The notes beneath the pieces were generated by a model, which searched no databases, was not told the DNA's origin, and saw only the letters and a program-made list of their open reading frames with translations. From Eledone cirrhosa (Eukaryota): a stretch of 64,000 nt of DNA. Shown here in pieces: positions 36,481 through 48,660 of this stretch. Both the position numbers and the translations under genes were made by a program. Where the stretch lies: contig OZ024740.1 of the NCBI GenBank assembly GCA_964016885.1, positions 377,022,001-377,086,000 of the forward strand, written 5' to 3'. Position 1 is the stretch's first letter. Every line of letters begins with the position of its first letter.

Positions 36481-38365
36481 TTACTTCTCGTAGAGGAAGG
36501 ATGGTTTCTCCATCCTTTTGACTGCTTCTGGCCTCCTCCGGAAGGATGTCCTTATAAATCCTCCTGGAGAGTGCTTGTCGGAAGTCTCCGACGTCTTTGG
36601 GGAATTTTTGTTTTAGTGTCGTGTACGTTTTCTGTGTGATGCGAGTGATTTGTATGTGTGGAGGTGGTGTGAACTTTTGGATTGTTGTGTAGTCTTTTTC
36701 TGTGATGCTGGTGTTGTGTTGGATTTAGTGTAATAATTGGTTGTTGTTCAAATTTATTGCTGTGTAGTGTGTATCGTTATGGTTGTTTTGTTTTGTTGTG
36801 GGTTTGTTTCTGTTTCGCTTTTTGGTGACTTTTGTGGTGTTGCTGATGGTGGTGTTGGGGTTAATGATGGTGATGATGTTGGTGTTTGTGGTGATGGGGT
36901 CGGCGATGCTGGTGTGGATGGTGGCATAGCTGTCCTAACGTTTTTGTTTTTGGAGGGGGAAGGAAGAGAATTTTTTCTTTTTTGGTTTCTTTTTCTTTTT
37001 TTCTTTTTTACTGATACCGTTTCCAACTCCTCGTCGTCACAATCTGCCTCCAGTTGCGATAGGTCGGGGAGTGGAAAATCCTCCACAGGCGTTGGTTTTG
37101 GTTGAGGCGTAGTGGATGGTGTAGGTGCTGGTGCTAGTTCTGGCGCGTTGGGTGGTGGTGGTGCTGGTTTTGCTACTGTTGCTGGAGTTGTTGCTGTTAC
37201 AATTGCTTCTGTTGTTGCTGCTACAGTTGTTGCTGCCATTTCTGCTGGTGGTGGTGTTGATGGTTGAGTCACTGGGGTTGGTAAGAGAGGTGGCCTCAAA
37301 CTTTTAGCCTGAGGGCAGAAAGACCTTAGGTGGGTTCCTTCACCACAAATGACTCACCTAGGCCTTCTGCCCTCGACGATTACGGTGAGGTGGCTGCCGA
37401 AAGTGACGTCTATTACCTCTCGGATCTCCTCAATGCTTTTTGGTTCGCTTGGATCAGAAGCTCTATCCCAGATCCGGACCAGTTCTCCTGCTTGTCTTTC
37501 GCTATTTCGATTATCTTGGTGTTGGCCTCGATGCCGGCGAGGACGGCAGCCATTAGCCAGGGAATTTCGATGGCCGGTGGAACGTGGGTCACCCTGATCT
37601 TCACGAGTCTCCTGCCACAATAGCTTGGGACGAGTGTGAAGTCGTCACTTCTTAATGGGGCCATGGAGTGTTCTCTGGCCTCCTGTGGTGTTCCAAAGAA
37701 TACGTCCACGGTTCCATATTTCTGCCCACGTCTGATGTGGGGGTTTTTTGCCCACAAATGTCCCAAAGCTTTTTGGATTTGGGACTCGGATGCCCGTTCC
37801 ACTCGGCGCGATTTTATGTTAATCGTCCGATAAGAGACGGTGTATAGGCGCCGATGCTCTATTTTATTAGGTGGGGGGAGGGCTGAGCCTGTACCCATCT
37901 TTCTTTACCATTCTTTTGGCTTCTTCTAATTCCTCCTGAGTTACCTGGATTGCTTCGCACTTTTTTGCTACTCTGGCAAAAGACGGTGGTTTTCTTATTC
38001 TCATTGTTGTTGTTGCTGTTGTTGTTATCGTTATTTTTGTTATTGTTAATTTTAGTTTCAGTTGTGGTGGTGGTGGCGTCAGTGGTGTTCGGTGTGGAAG
38101 AGTTCATTTTGGGTGAATTCATTTCGATGTCACGTGATAATTTATTTATTTATTTTGTTTCTGTTGTCGCTGTGGTGGTGGGGGGGGGGGGGGCTTCAAC
38201 AACTGCAGTCATTGGTAATGGCGGGAAATGAATGTCTGCATGAGACAAATTTAAAATATTGCTACTGCTTATATTTTTAGTGTTGGCAAACGTAGTAATA
38301 TTTACAATGGTGGTGTCGGTGTGAGGTGTTAGTTTGTGAGGAAGGTGTGACTCTGAGTCGTCCAT
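36481..38365 (-). pseudogene. Tx1 copy B ORF1p (gag-like): low-complexity N-terminus, CCHC knuckle, Pro/Thr-rich region, basic NLS-like tract; frameshifted
   Basis: ATG in aaaatcATGG context at 38365. Pieces 38150-38377, 37859-38122, 37413-37898, 37354-37620 and 36754-37299. TGA at 37354-37356 replaces the first knuckle Cys. Confidence 0.8.
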
Positions 38366-38561
38366 GATTTTTTTCAAAGAAAAATGTTTGTTTGATAATT
38401 ATAAAAGTTTAAATTTTGGGCTCAAGGCCCCAATCTTTTTGAGCGTCCTTTTCAGAAAACAATGTATGTGAACTTATATACAGTTAACAATAAAAATTAA
38501 CAACTGAAAATAACAAACATTTGCGGAGCTCACGATAATACGATTTACTACGTAGATCGCC

Positions 38562-38609
<48 letters not shown>

Positions 38610-39085
38610 TTCATTTATTAGCCACAAGGGCCGACATGTAGGGGACAATACAAAGACAGGGACAGTGGGGGTTTACAATAAGGTCGAGTAAAAGTGCACA
38701 ATGGCAAGACTAATTTAACAATGAAGATGTAAGAATATAAAATAAACTATGCATAAATATAACAAAATAAATTCCCCGATAGGGGGTGGACGAACCTGGG
38801 GTGACTCGGGTACCCCACCAATCCTGAACCACCCTGCGCTTCTAGGGCACCCAGGGAGAGCACCCCTCTCCTCAAGTTAGCTAGCCTATAGGGGAAGGTG
38901 GCGGTATCACTAGACAAGGGAGGGGCTAGCAAAAGATATAAATAGATTGACATATGACCTGGCCACCGGCCAAACCTCAACAACTTTGGCACTGCTGGCT
39001 CCCCCTTTCCTCACCAACAATATAAAAAGCCCCAGCACCACCACCGACATAGCCAACAACAATAACAGGCAACTTCAGCAAAAAG
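38610..39085 (-). mobile_element. Short element carrying a Tx1 (family C-like) 3' UTR and tail
   Basis: 38610-38890 aligns with the copy C 3' UTR (gaggagaggggtgc..gttcaggattggtg..cggcccttgtggctaataaatgaaattatt). The upstream ~200 bp does not resemble the ORF2 C-terminus. Confidence 0.7.
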
Positions 39086-39239
39086 TATATTATATTATTG
39101 TAATGCACTGGGTGATTGCTGGCCTTGTGCCTGGAGTGGAGACAATTATTATTATTAATAATTTCATTCTTAAGCCACGCAATGCTCACATTAAGGAACC
39201 ACTCATGATAATAACAATTTAAAAAAACAACAAAAAAGA

Positions 39240-42200
39240 AAACCCCGTGACCAAGAAATACCGGGATGGCGGCCGGCGGGGAATAGCCGTGTCTCTAGGG
39301 GAGAACGACCCCACTAGTCTTGGTTGACACTCATTCTAGAAGTGGTAACACGAAATGATTACCCCTTGGCGGATAAGGATAAAACGCGACAAAATAAAGT
39401 AAATGTCTAATGATAAAATCTCATACCGGATCGGCCGTCACCCGGGTAAAAAAGGGCCGCGTCTCTCAGAGAGGAACCAGACTGGGGTCGAAAAATCAGC
39501 TAATGGTTCAAACCTTCCCATCACTTCGGAGCTGGAACCTCCCATAACCGGAATACTCCTACTGTTGGCCCTCCATTCTCACCACCTAGAAATCCAAAGA
39601 AAAAGAGAGAAAAATAGTCAAGGGAAGATAATAAAGAAGTCCTTGAGACTTTCTACACTGCCATGTACTACCCATCAAATACACCGAATACAGAACAGAC
39701 ATATATCAACTGGAAAAAGAAACATCCCGAAAACAGAGGCTATATTGACAGTAACAAACTAGCCAATATACGAAGAAATATTGTAAAAAAAAAGTTACTA
39801 ACTGATATAGAAATTGATCAGATCAAGCTATTAGCACAAAGTCAACGAAGGGAAAATGAAACATGTGTCAGTGAAAACAAGGTAAATTGTAACACTTCGA
39901 ATCCCAGGGTTGGGGCGGAATCACTGGCAACAGAACAAATTAAAGAAAGGATCGAAAAAGTGGAGGGAGTGCAGGCTCAAGATGAAACTCCAAATGAAAA
40001 TAATGAGATCGTAAATGATAAAGAAATGAATGAGAATGAACTTGCCAACTTGAAGGATGAAATTATGATCGAATGGATGAAAATGAAAGAATCTGACATG
40101 GGGCAACGAGACACCCTCCCTAAGATCCAGAACTCCAAACAGAACCAAAAGATAATACACAAGACTAACATAATTCTCAAAAACATTATCATCACAAACA
40201 AACTAAACATTACTGATTTAAATCATCTCTATTATGCATCGGCTAAAGTCACCACTCACTTATGTTGAGTGAAGATGAAAAAACAAAGGAATTCCCACAA
40301 GAAATCTACTTGGCAAGAGAACATCAATCGCCAAATAAACCTTCTCCGATCTGACATAGAAATTTTAACAAACTATAAAGTAGGTGAACATGTTAAACAA
40401 ACTAAACTTAGAAAATTGAAAAGAAAGTATAGTATAAAATCAACAAGTGACATAGACATGCTGATAGAAATAATCAAGCAAAAAGTGTCGGCCAAAGCTG
40501 CTCGTATAAGGCGCTTTGAAAAACGATCTAGATTCTATAAGGACAATAATATGTTCAAAAACAACCAAAGAAACTTCTACAGAAAAATTGGTAAGTCAAC
40601 AATAACTGCTAAATCAATACCACCCAAGGAGGAAGTGCAAGAATTCTGGGAAAAGATCTGGGCCGAAGAAAAAGTTCATAACATGCATGCCCCATGGATA
40701 GACAGACAAATGAAAGATACAGCTCACCTTGAGTAACAAATATGGGAACACATAACAGTTGAACAGTTGCGCTTGGCTCTAAGAAAAACCAGCAAATGGA
40801 AATCCCCAGGAAAAGACAAAATACAAAATTTTGGGATAAATGCCTTCACAGAGTCTCATCAGCTGTTAGCCCAACTTTACAATGTAATAGTTAAGGAGCC
40901 AGAAAAGATACCATCATGGCTAGTTAACGGCATTACATTCCTGCTTCCGAAGAATGATGAGACAAACAATCCCCAAAATTACAGACCGATAACTTGCTTG
41001 ACCACAATGTATAAAATTTTAACATCAGTCCTAACTGAATACACATATGACCACCTGATAAGAAATGACCTATTTCCCATTGAGCAGAAAGAGTGTAAAC
41101 GAGGCTCGTATGGCTGTAAGGATCAGCTTTTGGTTAACAAAATGATACTGGAAGACTGTCGTAATAGACACAAAAATCTATCAATTGCTTGGATAGATTA
41201 TAAAAAAGCATTCGATAGTTTGCCACACAGTTGGATTGAAAAATGTTTAGAGATTTTCAAAATATCCCCCGTTGTCAGGAGGTTTTTGTCATTCAGTATG
41301 AAGACATGGAAAACGACACTCCTTTTGAATAGTGAAACAAAATCACTGGAAGCTGGAGAAGTTAATATTAATTGTGGAATTTTTCAGGGTGACTCTTTAT
41401 CACCGCTTTTATTCTGCATCGCACTTATACCATTAAGTAAAATGCTCAATGAAACAAAACATGGATATAGAGTCTATGACAAAACCATTAATCACTTGTT
41501 CTACATGGATGACCTGAAACTATTTGCAAAAAATGATTAACAATTGCAAGGGCTATTATCCACTGTGGAGCAGTTCAGTGATGACATTAAAATGGAGTTT
41601 GGACTAGATAAATGCGCCAAAGCAACGTTCACCAGAGGAAAGCTGCTGAAGAGTTCAGACATTAATCTTGATCGGGGGAACGTGATAAGGGAACTTGATC
41701 AAGAAAAAACTTACAAATATCTAGGTGTTTGTGAAGGAGACGGAATCAAGCACTCGACAATGAGGGAAAGGATAAAGAAGGAATGTTACCGCAGAGTAAG
41801 AGCAATCTTAAGAACGGAATTGAATGCAAGGAATAGGATCGATGCCATAAACACGCTTGCCATACCAGTAGTAACCTACAGTTACAATGTCATCAACTGG
41901 TCAAGCACAGAGATCCGTAGGCTCGATACAAAAATTCGAAAATTCTTAACCATGCACAGAATGCATCACCCTAAGGCAGATATAGATAGAATATATCTCC
42001 CTAGGAAAGAAGGAGGACGTGGGTTAATCCAGTTAGACATTGCGTTGAAAACTGCAACAATTGGATTATCTACATATCTAAGGGAATCACATGATTGGAT
42101 GATCAAACTCGTTTTGAAACACGAAAGCATCAAAAGATCATATTCCATTACAAAAGATGCACAAAGATACAGTAATGGACTACAAATTTCAGAAGTCCCA

Positions 42201-43202
42201 TTTACTGCTGAAATGGAAAACACAGAAAAAGCAAAGCAGGTAAAAGTAACTGCAAAGAAAGAACTGCTACAGAAACTGGCTAAGAAATGGCAAGAAAAGC
42301 ATCTGTATGGAAAATACCCAGAACGAGCTAACAATCCTGATGTTGACAAAACTTTAACCCATCAGTGGTTGGCATCCTCTGGACTGAAATCGGAGACTGA
42401 AGGACTGATTATATCAGCACAAGATCAGTGTCTGCCAACAAAAAATTACCAAGCCAAAATAATAAAAAAATGGGTGCAGCCCATTATGCCGTGTATGCAA
42501 AAAACAACCAGAGACCATTGACCATATAATTTCAATGTGCAGTCCTATAGCTCCAACCGAATACATAAACAGGCATGACAGAGCTGCACAATACATACAT
42601 TGGATAATGTGTAAGCATTTTGACCTGCCCCATCAAAAGAATTGGTGGGAGCATCAACCACCTCCCATACTTGAAAAAGATCACATCTCAATCTTGTGGA
42701 ACTTTAGCATCCAAACAGACCAAAAAATAGATGCAAATAGACCTGATATAATATTGAAGGACTTTAAAAAGAGGGTATGCCTGCTAATTGATATGTCCGT
42801 TCCAATAGACAAGAATGTATCTTTAAAAACATTTGAAAAATTGAGCAAGTATAAGGACCTGGAGATAGAAATTGGAAAAATGTGGAAATTGAGAACTAAA
42901 ACAATACCAGTGGTTGTAGGCGTGGGTGCTCTGGGAATGATACCTAAGGGGCCTAATGATTACTTATCGCAAATCCCAGGAAACCCGCGTATAGGAGAAA
43001 TACAAAAGATAGTACTAATGGGAACTGCCCATATGCTAAGGAAGATTCTGTCAATATAAGTACATCATAAGTCTAAACACAAAAGATGCATGTGTGAGTA
43101 TGTATGTTCTTTCTTGAACATGGCGGACCTTGTTGTCTCTTGAGGTCACTAGTTGTGACTTGGTGATAACTCGTATGAACATAAAGCAAGATAAATGCAA
43201 CT

Positions 43203-43203
<1 letters not shown>
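39240..43203 (+). mobile_element. R4/Dong-clade RLE LINE, family 1, near full length, ending at (TAA)n
   Basis: Single long ORF 39403-43059 with a few stops and frameshifts: [71 protein letters not shown]. 3' UTR then (TAA)n 43204-43252. Confidence 0.92.
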
Positions 43204-43252
<49 letters not shown>

Positions 43253-43253
<1 letters not shown>

Positions 43254-43744
43254 GTGGTATGAGCATAAGCCAGAGGCGGTGATAGAAAACGATCAGGTGA
43301 AGGTGCTGTGGGATTTTAGGATACAGACGGACAAGAAACTGGAACACAATAGACCTGACCTGGTGGTTTTGGACAAAGAAAAAAGATCGTGCCTGATTGT
43401 GGATGTGGCCTGCCCATTCGACACGAGAGTGCAAGAGAAGGAGAGGGAGAACATTAACCGATACCAGGACTTAAAGTGGGAGGTAAAAAGGATTTGGAAC
43501 TGCCATGAAGTCAAAGTGATCCCGATTGTCATAGGCGCACTAGGGACTATCTCAAAAAGTTTCCGGGGATGGTTAAAGAAAATTGGCCCCTTCACGCTTT
43601 TTGGAACGCTTCAAAAGACATGCTTGCTGGGAACAGCAAGAACCCTCCGATACGTCCTGAATATCTGAGGCTGCAGGTAGTGGCTTGATATTCATTTCAA
43701 CAAACTTTCCAGTTAACTAACATCAATGACTGAGACTCAAAGAG
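43253..43744 (+). mobile_element. R4/Dong family 2, 5'-truncated copy (RLE domain + 3' UTR) between AAT repeats
   Basis: LWDFRIQTDKKLEHNRPDLVV..IVDVACP..RYQDL..LLGTARTLRYVLNI. Confidence 0.9.
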
Positions 43745-43772
43745 TAATAACAATAATAATGATAATAATAAT

Positions 43773-43880
43773 AATTGTTTTTACTTTAGGCACCAGGCCA
43801 GCAATTGCCCAGTGCATTACTGGTACTTTATTTTATCGACCCCGTAAGGATGAAAGGCAAAGTCAACCTCGGTGGGATTT
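43773..43880 (-). mobile_element. 5'-truncated S1 SINE inside AAT repeats
   Basis: Core and tail present; aataataat on both sides. Confidence 0.85.
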
Positions 43881-43890
43881 AATAATAATA

Positions 43891-46800
43891 CAGCGTGATA
43901 GTGCCACACAAAAATCACCGGGAGTGATGAAATCACCGGAGGTGATGAAATCCCCGATGGTTATGTAACCATACATTCATCAATCCTCGATAAGAGTGTT
44001 TAAATGTCGAACCTAAACAGTTCGAATAACGGTGAAGTGGAGACTGGAATGTCATGTGACAGACTCTCACCTAGCAGGTGCTTCCTGGCTCAGCAGCAGG
44101 GACCTGGCTGTCAACCAAATACTGCTGGTGTCGGAGGAAGAAGAAGAAGGAAAGGGACCAGAACCAACTGGACGAAAGAATTGAATAGAACTGTTATGCA
44201 ATGTTACCTGAAGAGTAACCCCAAGGAGAAAGGCTATAGGAAACAGATGCATAACATCTGGAACGAGATCGGTCTATTTAAATTAGATGAACAAAAATTG
44301 GCCGGGCAGACTCGGGTAATAAGAACTAATGGGTGGATAAGCGAGCTGGAACTGGAGGAACTGAGCAGAGAGATTAGGTTGGAAATGGAGAGTGGAGTAT
44401 GCCAGGCAAACGAGCCAGTGGGAAATGAAGGTGAAGAGGTTGAGAGAACGGAGGAACGATCCGAAGCAGACAATGCTCTGAATGCTGAAATAAATAATAC
44501 CTGGAAGAAAGATACGGCCATTGAGGAGATGAATGCTGACGGGTTAGGACAAGATTTGGATGATATCCTAAACTTAGTGGTAGATGAATTGAACAATCAT
44601 AGTGGGAAACCTATGAACCTAAGATTTGTAGACAGGAAAAAGTTAAAAGAAAGAACAGCTAAGGTAAACAAAGTCATCCCATACCTTGAGACGAGGAGCC
44701 TTCACCAGTGCAACAATATCCTCAAAGAAACAGCAAATGCGGTGAGGAAATTACTTGCTATAAAAGCGAGAGGAAACAACAAACAAGAAAGATGAGAGCC
44801 TTGGTGGAAGAAACGATTGAATGGTCAAATGAGGGAAATGAGAATTGACATTGGAAAGCTTGAGTCCCTACTGAATGGGACACTAAAAAACATAGACACT
44901 AAAAATAGACTGTAAATAAAGTACAAAACTAGGAGGAAAAAGCTAAATATTATCATAGAGGAACTGAAGCAACGCATTGTAGCAAAGAGTGCAAAAATTA
45001 GGCGATACGAGAGCAGAACCGCATGTTTAACAACAACCAGAAGATGCTGTTTGGACAGCTTGAAGGGAAAGAAAGAGGCAACGACTTGATCCCTGAGGCG
45101 GAACAAACTAAAACATTCTGGAGAGGAATATGGGAGCAGGATGTTAAACATAATGACCAGGCAGTGTGGATTGACACAGTGCAGAAGGAGATTAGTGAAC
45201 AGGCACACCAACAAACTGATTTGAGTATCACAGTTGAAACTCTTAAGGGGCAGGCCAAAAAACTAACCAACTGGAAATCACCAGGCCCAGATGGTGTGCA
45301 GAGGTATTGGATTAAAAATATAACATCCCTCCACCCGAAATTGACAACCATGTTCAATGACTGCTTGATGTCAGGTGAGGTACCAGAGTGATTGACAAAA
45401 GGTACCACAGTTCTGGTAATGAAAGACCGAATCAAGGGTAATGATGTTACCAACTATAGACCTATCACATGTCTGTCCGTAATGTGGAAACTGTTGACAA
45501 GCATTGTGTCTGAGGAAATCTATCATCACCTCCACACAAACAACTTGTTACCGGACGACAGAAAGGATGCCGAAAGAAGTCCCGTGGTACAAAGGACAAG
45601 TTACTTATTGATAAGGTGGTAATGAGGAATTGCAAGAGGAGACACACTGGTCTTGCCATGGGATGGATAGACTACAAAAAGGCATTTGACATGGTGCCTC
45701 ATTCTTGGATCACCAAAAGCCTAGAGATCTTCAAGGTGGCAGATAACATCAGACAGTTGTTGGGCAAAAGTATGAAGTCCAGAGTTAACATCAGCTGGAG
45801 AATCCTTGGGAGGCGTGAAGATCAATAGAGGTATCTTCCAGGGAGATAGTCTGTCCCCTCTGTTGTTTGTCCTTGCCCTGATGACCCTGACCATTATACT
45901 GCAAAAGGTGAGAGCAGTATACAAGTTGGGAAAGGGAGAGCTTACCATCAATCACCTCCTCTTCATGGACGATCTTAAGCTCTTCGGGAAGAGTGAGAAG
46001 GAGTTGGATGTGCTTGTTGACACTGTCCGTATTTTCAGCAATGATATATGTATGCAATTTGGTATTAGTAAGTGTGGAGTCCTTGTGATGAAGCGGGGTA
46101 TATTGAGCAGAAGCAACGGAATCCAGGTACCAACAGGTGAGATGATAAAGGAAATTGACACTCAAGAAGGATACAAGTATTTGGGTGTTCTGGAGGCTAA
46201 TGACATCAAGAACAAAAAAATGAAGGAATTGATAAGATCTGAATACATTCGGAGAGTAAGGAGCGTATTAAAGTCACATCTGAACAGTAGGAATGCCATA
46301 AGTGCAGTAAATTCTCGAGCTGTGTCTATTATTAGGTACAGTGCGGGAATTCTGAGATGGGATGTTGCTGAACAAAAATAAATGGATAGGAAGACTAGGA
46401 AGCTATTGACTATCTACAACATGTTCCACAAGAGGAGTGATGTCGATAGACTCTAATTAAGGAGATCTGAAGGTGGAAGAGGTCTTATCAGCAAAGAGGA
46501 CTGTGTTCAGATGGAGAAAAACAACCTACACAAATACGTGACTGATAGTAAGGAGCGAATGCTCAGAATTGTACTGAAGGAGAGGACAATAGACCAGGGG
46601 ATGTCCAAGGCGGAAATAACAAGAAGGAGAAAGAGCAGCCTTCATGAAAAATCCCTTCATAGTACCTTCTTTGAGAAAACTGAATTCAGAGATCCACAGA
46701 CATGGAACTGGTTGAAAAGAGGAGACCTTAAAAAGGCTACAGAAGGAATATTAATGGCTGCACAATAGCAGGCCTTCAAACGAAGTGGTTGAAACACCAT

Positions 46801-47464
46801 ATTTACAAGGACGAGGCTAGCCCACTGTGCAGGATCTGTGGAGAGAGAGAGGAGACTGTGGCTCATATTGTATCCGAGTGTAAACACCTAGCCCAGACTC
46901 ACTATAAAGGCTGGAGACATGATGTGATGGGCAGGGTGATCCATTGGCATCTATGCAAAGTAAACAATTTACCACATTCTGAGAAGTGGTATGAGCATAA
47001 GCCAGAGTTGGTGATAGAAAAAGATCAGGTGAAGGTGCTGTGGGATTTTAGGATACAGACGGACAAGAAACTGGAACACAATAGACCTGACCTGGTGGTT
47101 TTGGACAAGGAAAAAAGATCGTGCTTGATTGTGGATGTAGCCTGCCCATTCGACACGAGAGTGCAAGAGAAGGAGAAGGAGGAAATTAACCGATACTAGG
47201 ACTTAAGTGGGCGGTAAAAAGGATTTGGAACTGCCATTGTCCCGATTGTCATAGGCGCACTAGGTACTATCTCAAAGAGTTTCCAAGGATGGTTAAAAAA
47301 AATTAGTCCCGCCCCGCTTTTTGGAACACTTCAAAAGGCATGCTTGCTGGGAACAGCAAGAACCATCCGACACGTTCTGAATATCTGAGGCTGCAGGTAG
47401 TGGCTTGATACGCATTTCAACAAACTTTCCAGTTAAATAACATCAGTAACTGAGACTCAAAGAA
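43891..47464 (+). mobile_element. R4/Dong family 2, full length, defective, flanked by AAT repeats
   Basis: ORF from ATG 44004 to ~47388 with stops: [77 protein letters not shown]. (AAT)n 47465-47552. Confidence 0.92.
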
Positions 47465-47465
47465 C

Positions 47466-47549
<84 letters not shown>

Positions 47550-47620
47550 AATTGTTTCTACTTTAGGCACAAGGCCAGCAATTTCCCCAGTGCATTACTG
47601 GTACTTTTAATAATAATAAT

Positions 47621-48630
47621 AGATCTGAAGGTGGAAGAGGTCTTATCAGCATAGAGACTGTGTTCAGATGGAGAAAAACAACCTGCACAAGTATGTGACT
47701 GTCAGTAGGGAGCCAATGCTCAAAATTGTACTGAAGGAGAAGACAATAGACCAGGGGATATCCAAGGAGGAAATAACAACAATGAGGAAGAGCAACCTTC
47801 ATGAAATATCCCTTCATAGTACCTTCTTTAAGAAAACGGAATATAAAGATCACAGACATGGAACTGGTTAAAAAGAGATCTTAAAAATAACTACTGAAGG
47901 AATGCTAATGGCTGCGCAAGAGCAGGCCCTCAGAACGAAGTGGGTGAAACACCATATTGACAAGCAGGAGGCTAATTTACTGTGTAGGATCTGTGGAGAG
48001 AGAGAGGAGACTGTGGCTCACATTGTATCCGAGTGTAAACACCTAGCCCAGACTCACTATATAGGCTGGAGACATGATATGATAGTCAGGGTGATCCACT
48101 AGCATTTATACAAAGTAAACAATTTACCACATTCTGAGAAGTGGTATGAGTATAAGCCAGAGTCGTGATAGAAACCGATCAGGTGAAGGTGCTATGGTAT
48201 TTTAGGATACAGACGGACAAAAAATTAGAACACAATAGGCCTCACCTGGTGGTTATGGACAAGGAAAAAAGATCGTGCCTGATTGCAGATGTAGCCTGCC
48301 CATTTGACACGAGAGTGCAAGAAAGGGAGAGGTAGAAAATTAACCGATACCAGTATTTAAAGAGGGAGGTAAAAAGGATTTGGAACTGCCATGAAATCAA
48401 AGTCGTCCCGATTGTCATAAGCGCACTAGGTACTATTTCAAAGAGTTTCCAAGGATGGTTAAAGAAGATTAGTCCAGCCCCGCTTTTTGGAACACTTCAA
48501 AAGGCATGCTTGCTGGGAACAGCAAGAACCCTCCGATACGTCCTGAATATCTGAGGCTGCAGGTAGCGGCTTGATATTCATTTCAACAAACTTTCCAGTT
48601 AAATAACATCAATGACTGAGACTCAAAGAA
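47621..48630 (+). mobile_element. R4/Dong family 2, 5'-truncated copy between AAT repeats
   Basis: Similar to 46463-47464, including the CCHC motif, RLE and 3' UTR; preceded by an S1 SINE tail (47552-47608, -). Confidence 0.9.
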
Positions 48631-48660
48631 CAATAATAATATAATAATAATAATAATAAT

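Larger units (their letters stand above)
32760..38562 (-). mobile_element. L1/Tx1-clade LINE, copy B, full length, flanked on both sides by (AAT)n
   Basis: 5' UTR ~38366-38562, ORF1, intact ORF2, 3' UTR with AATAAA. (AAT)n at 32703-32759 and 38562-38609. Confidence 0.95.

Noticed and set aside
37354-37356. In-frame TGA at the first Cys of the ORF1 zinc knuckle (selenocysteine?)
   Set aside because: Copy A has TGT here, so one substitution explains it. ORF1 has other lesions and no SECIS was identified.
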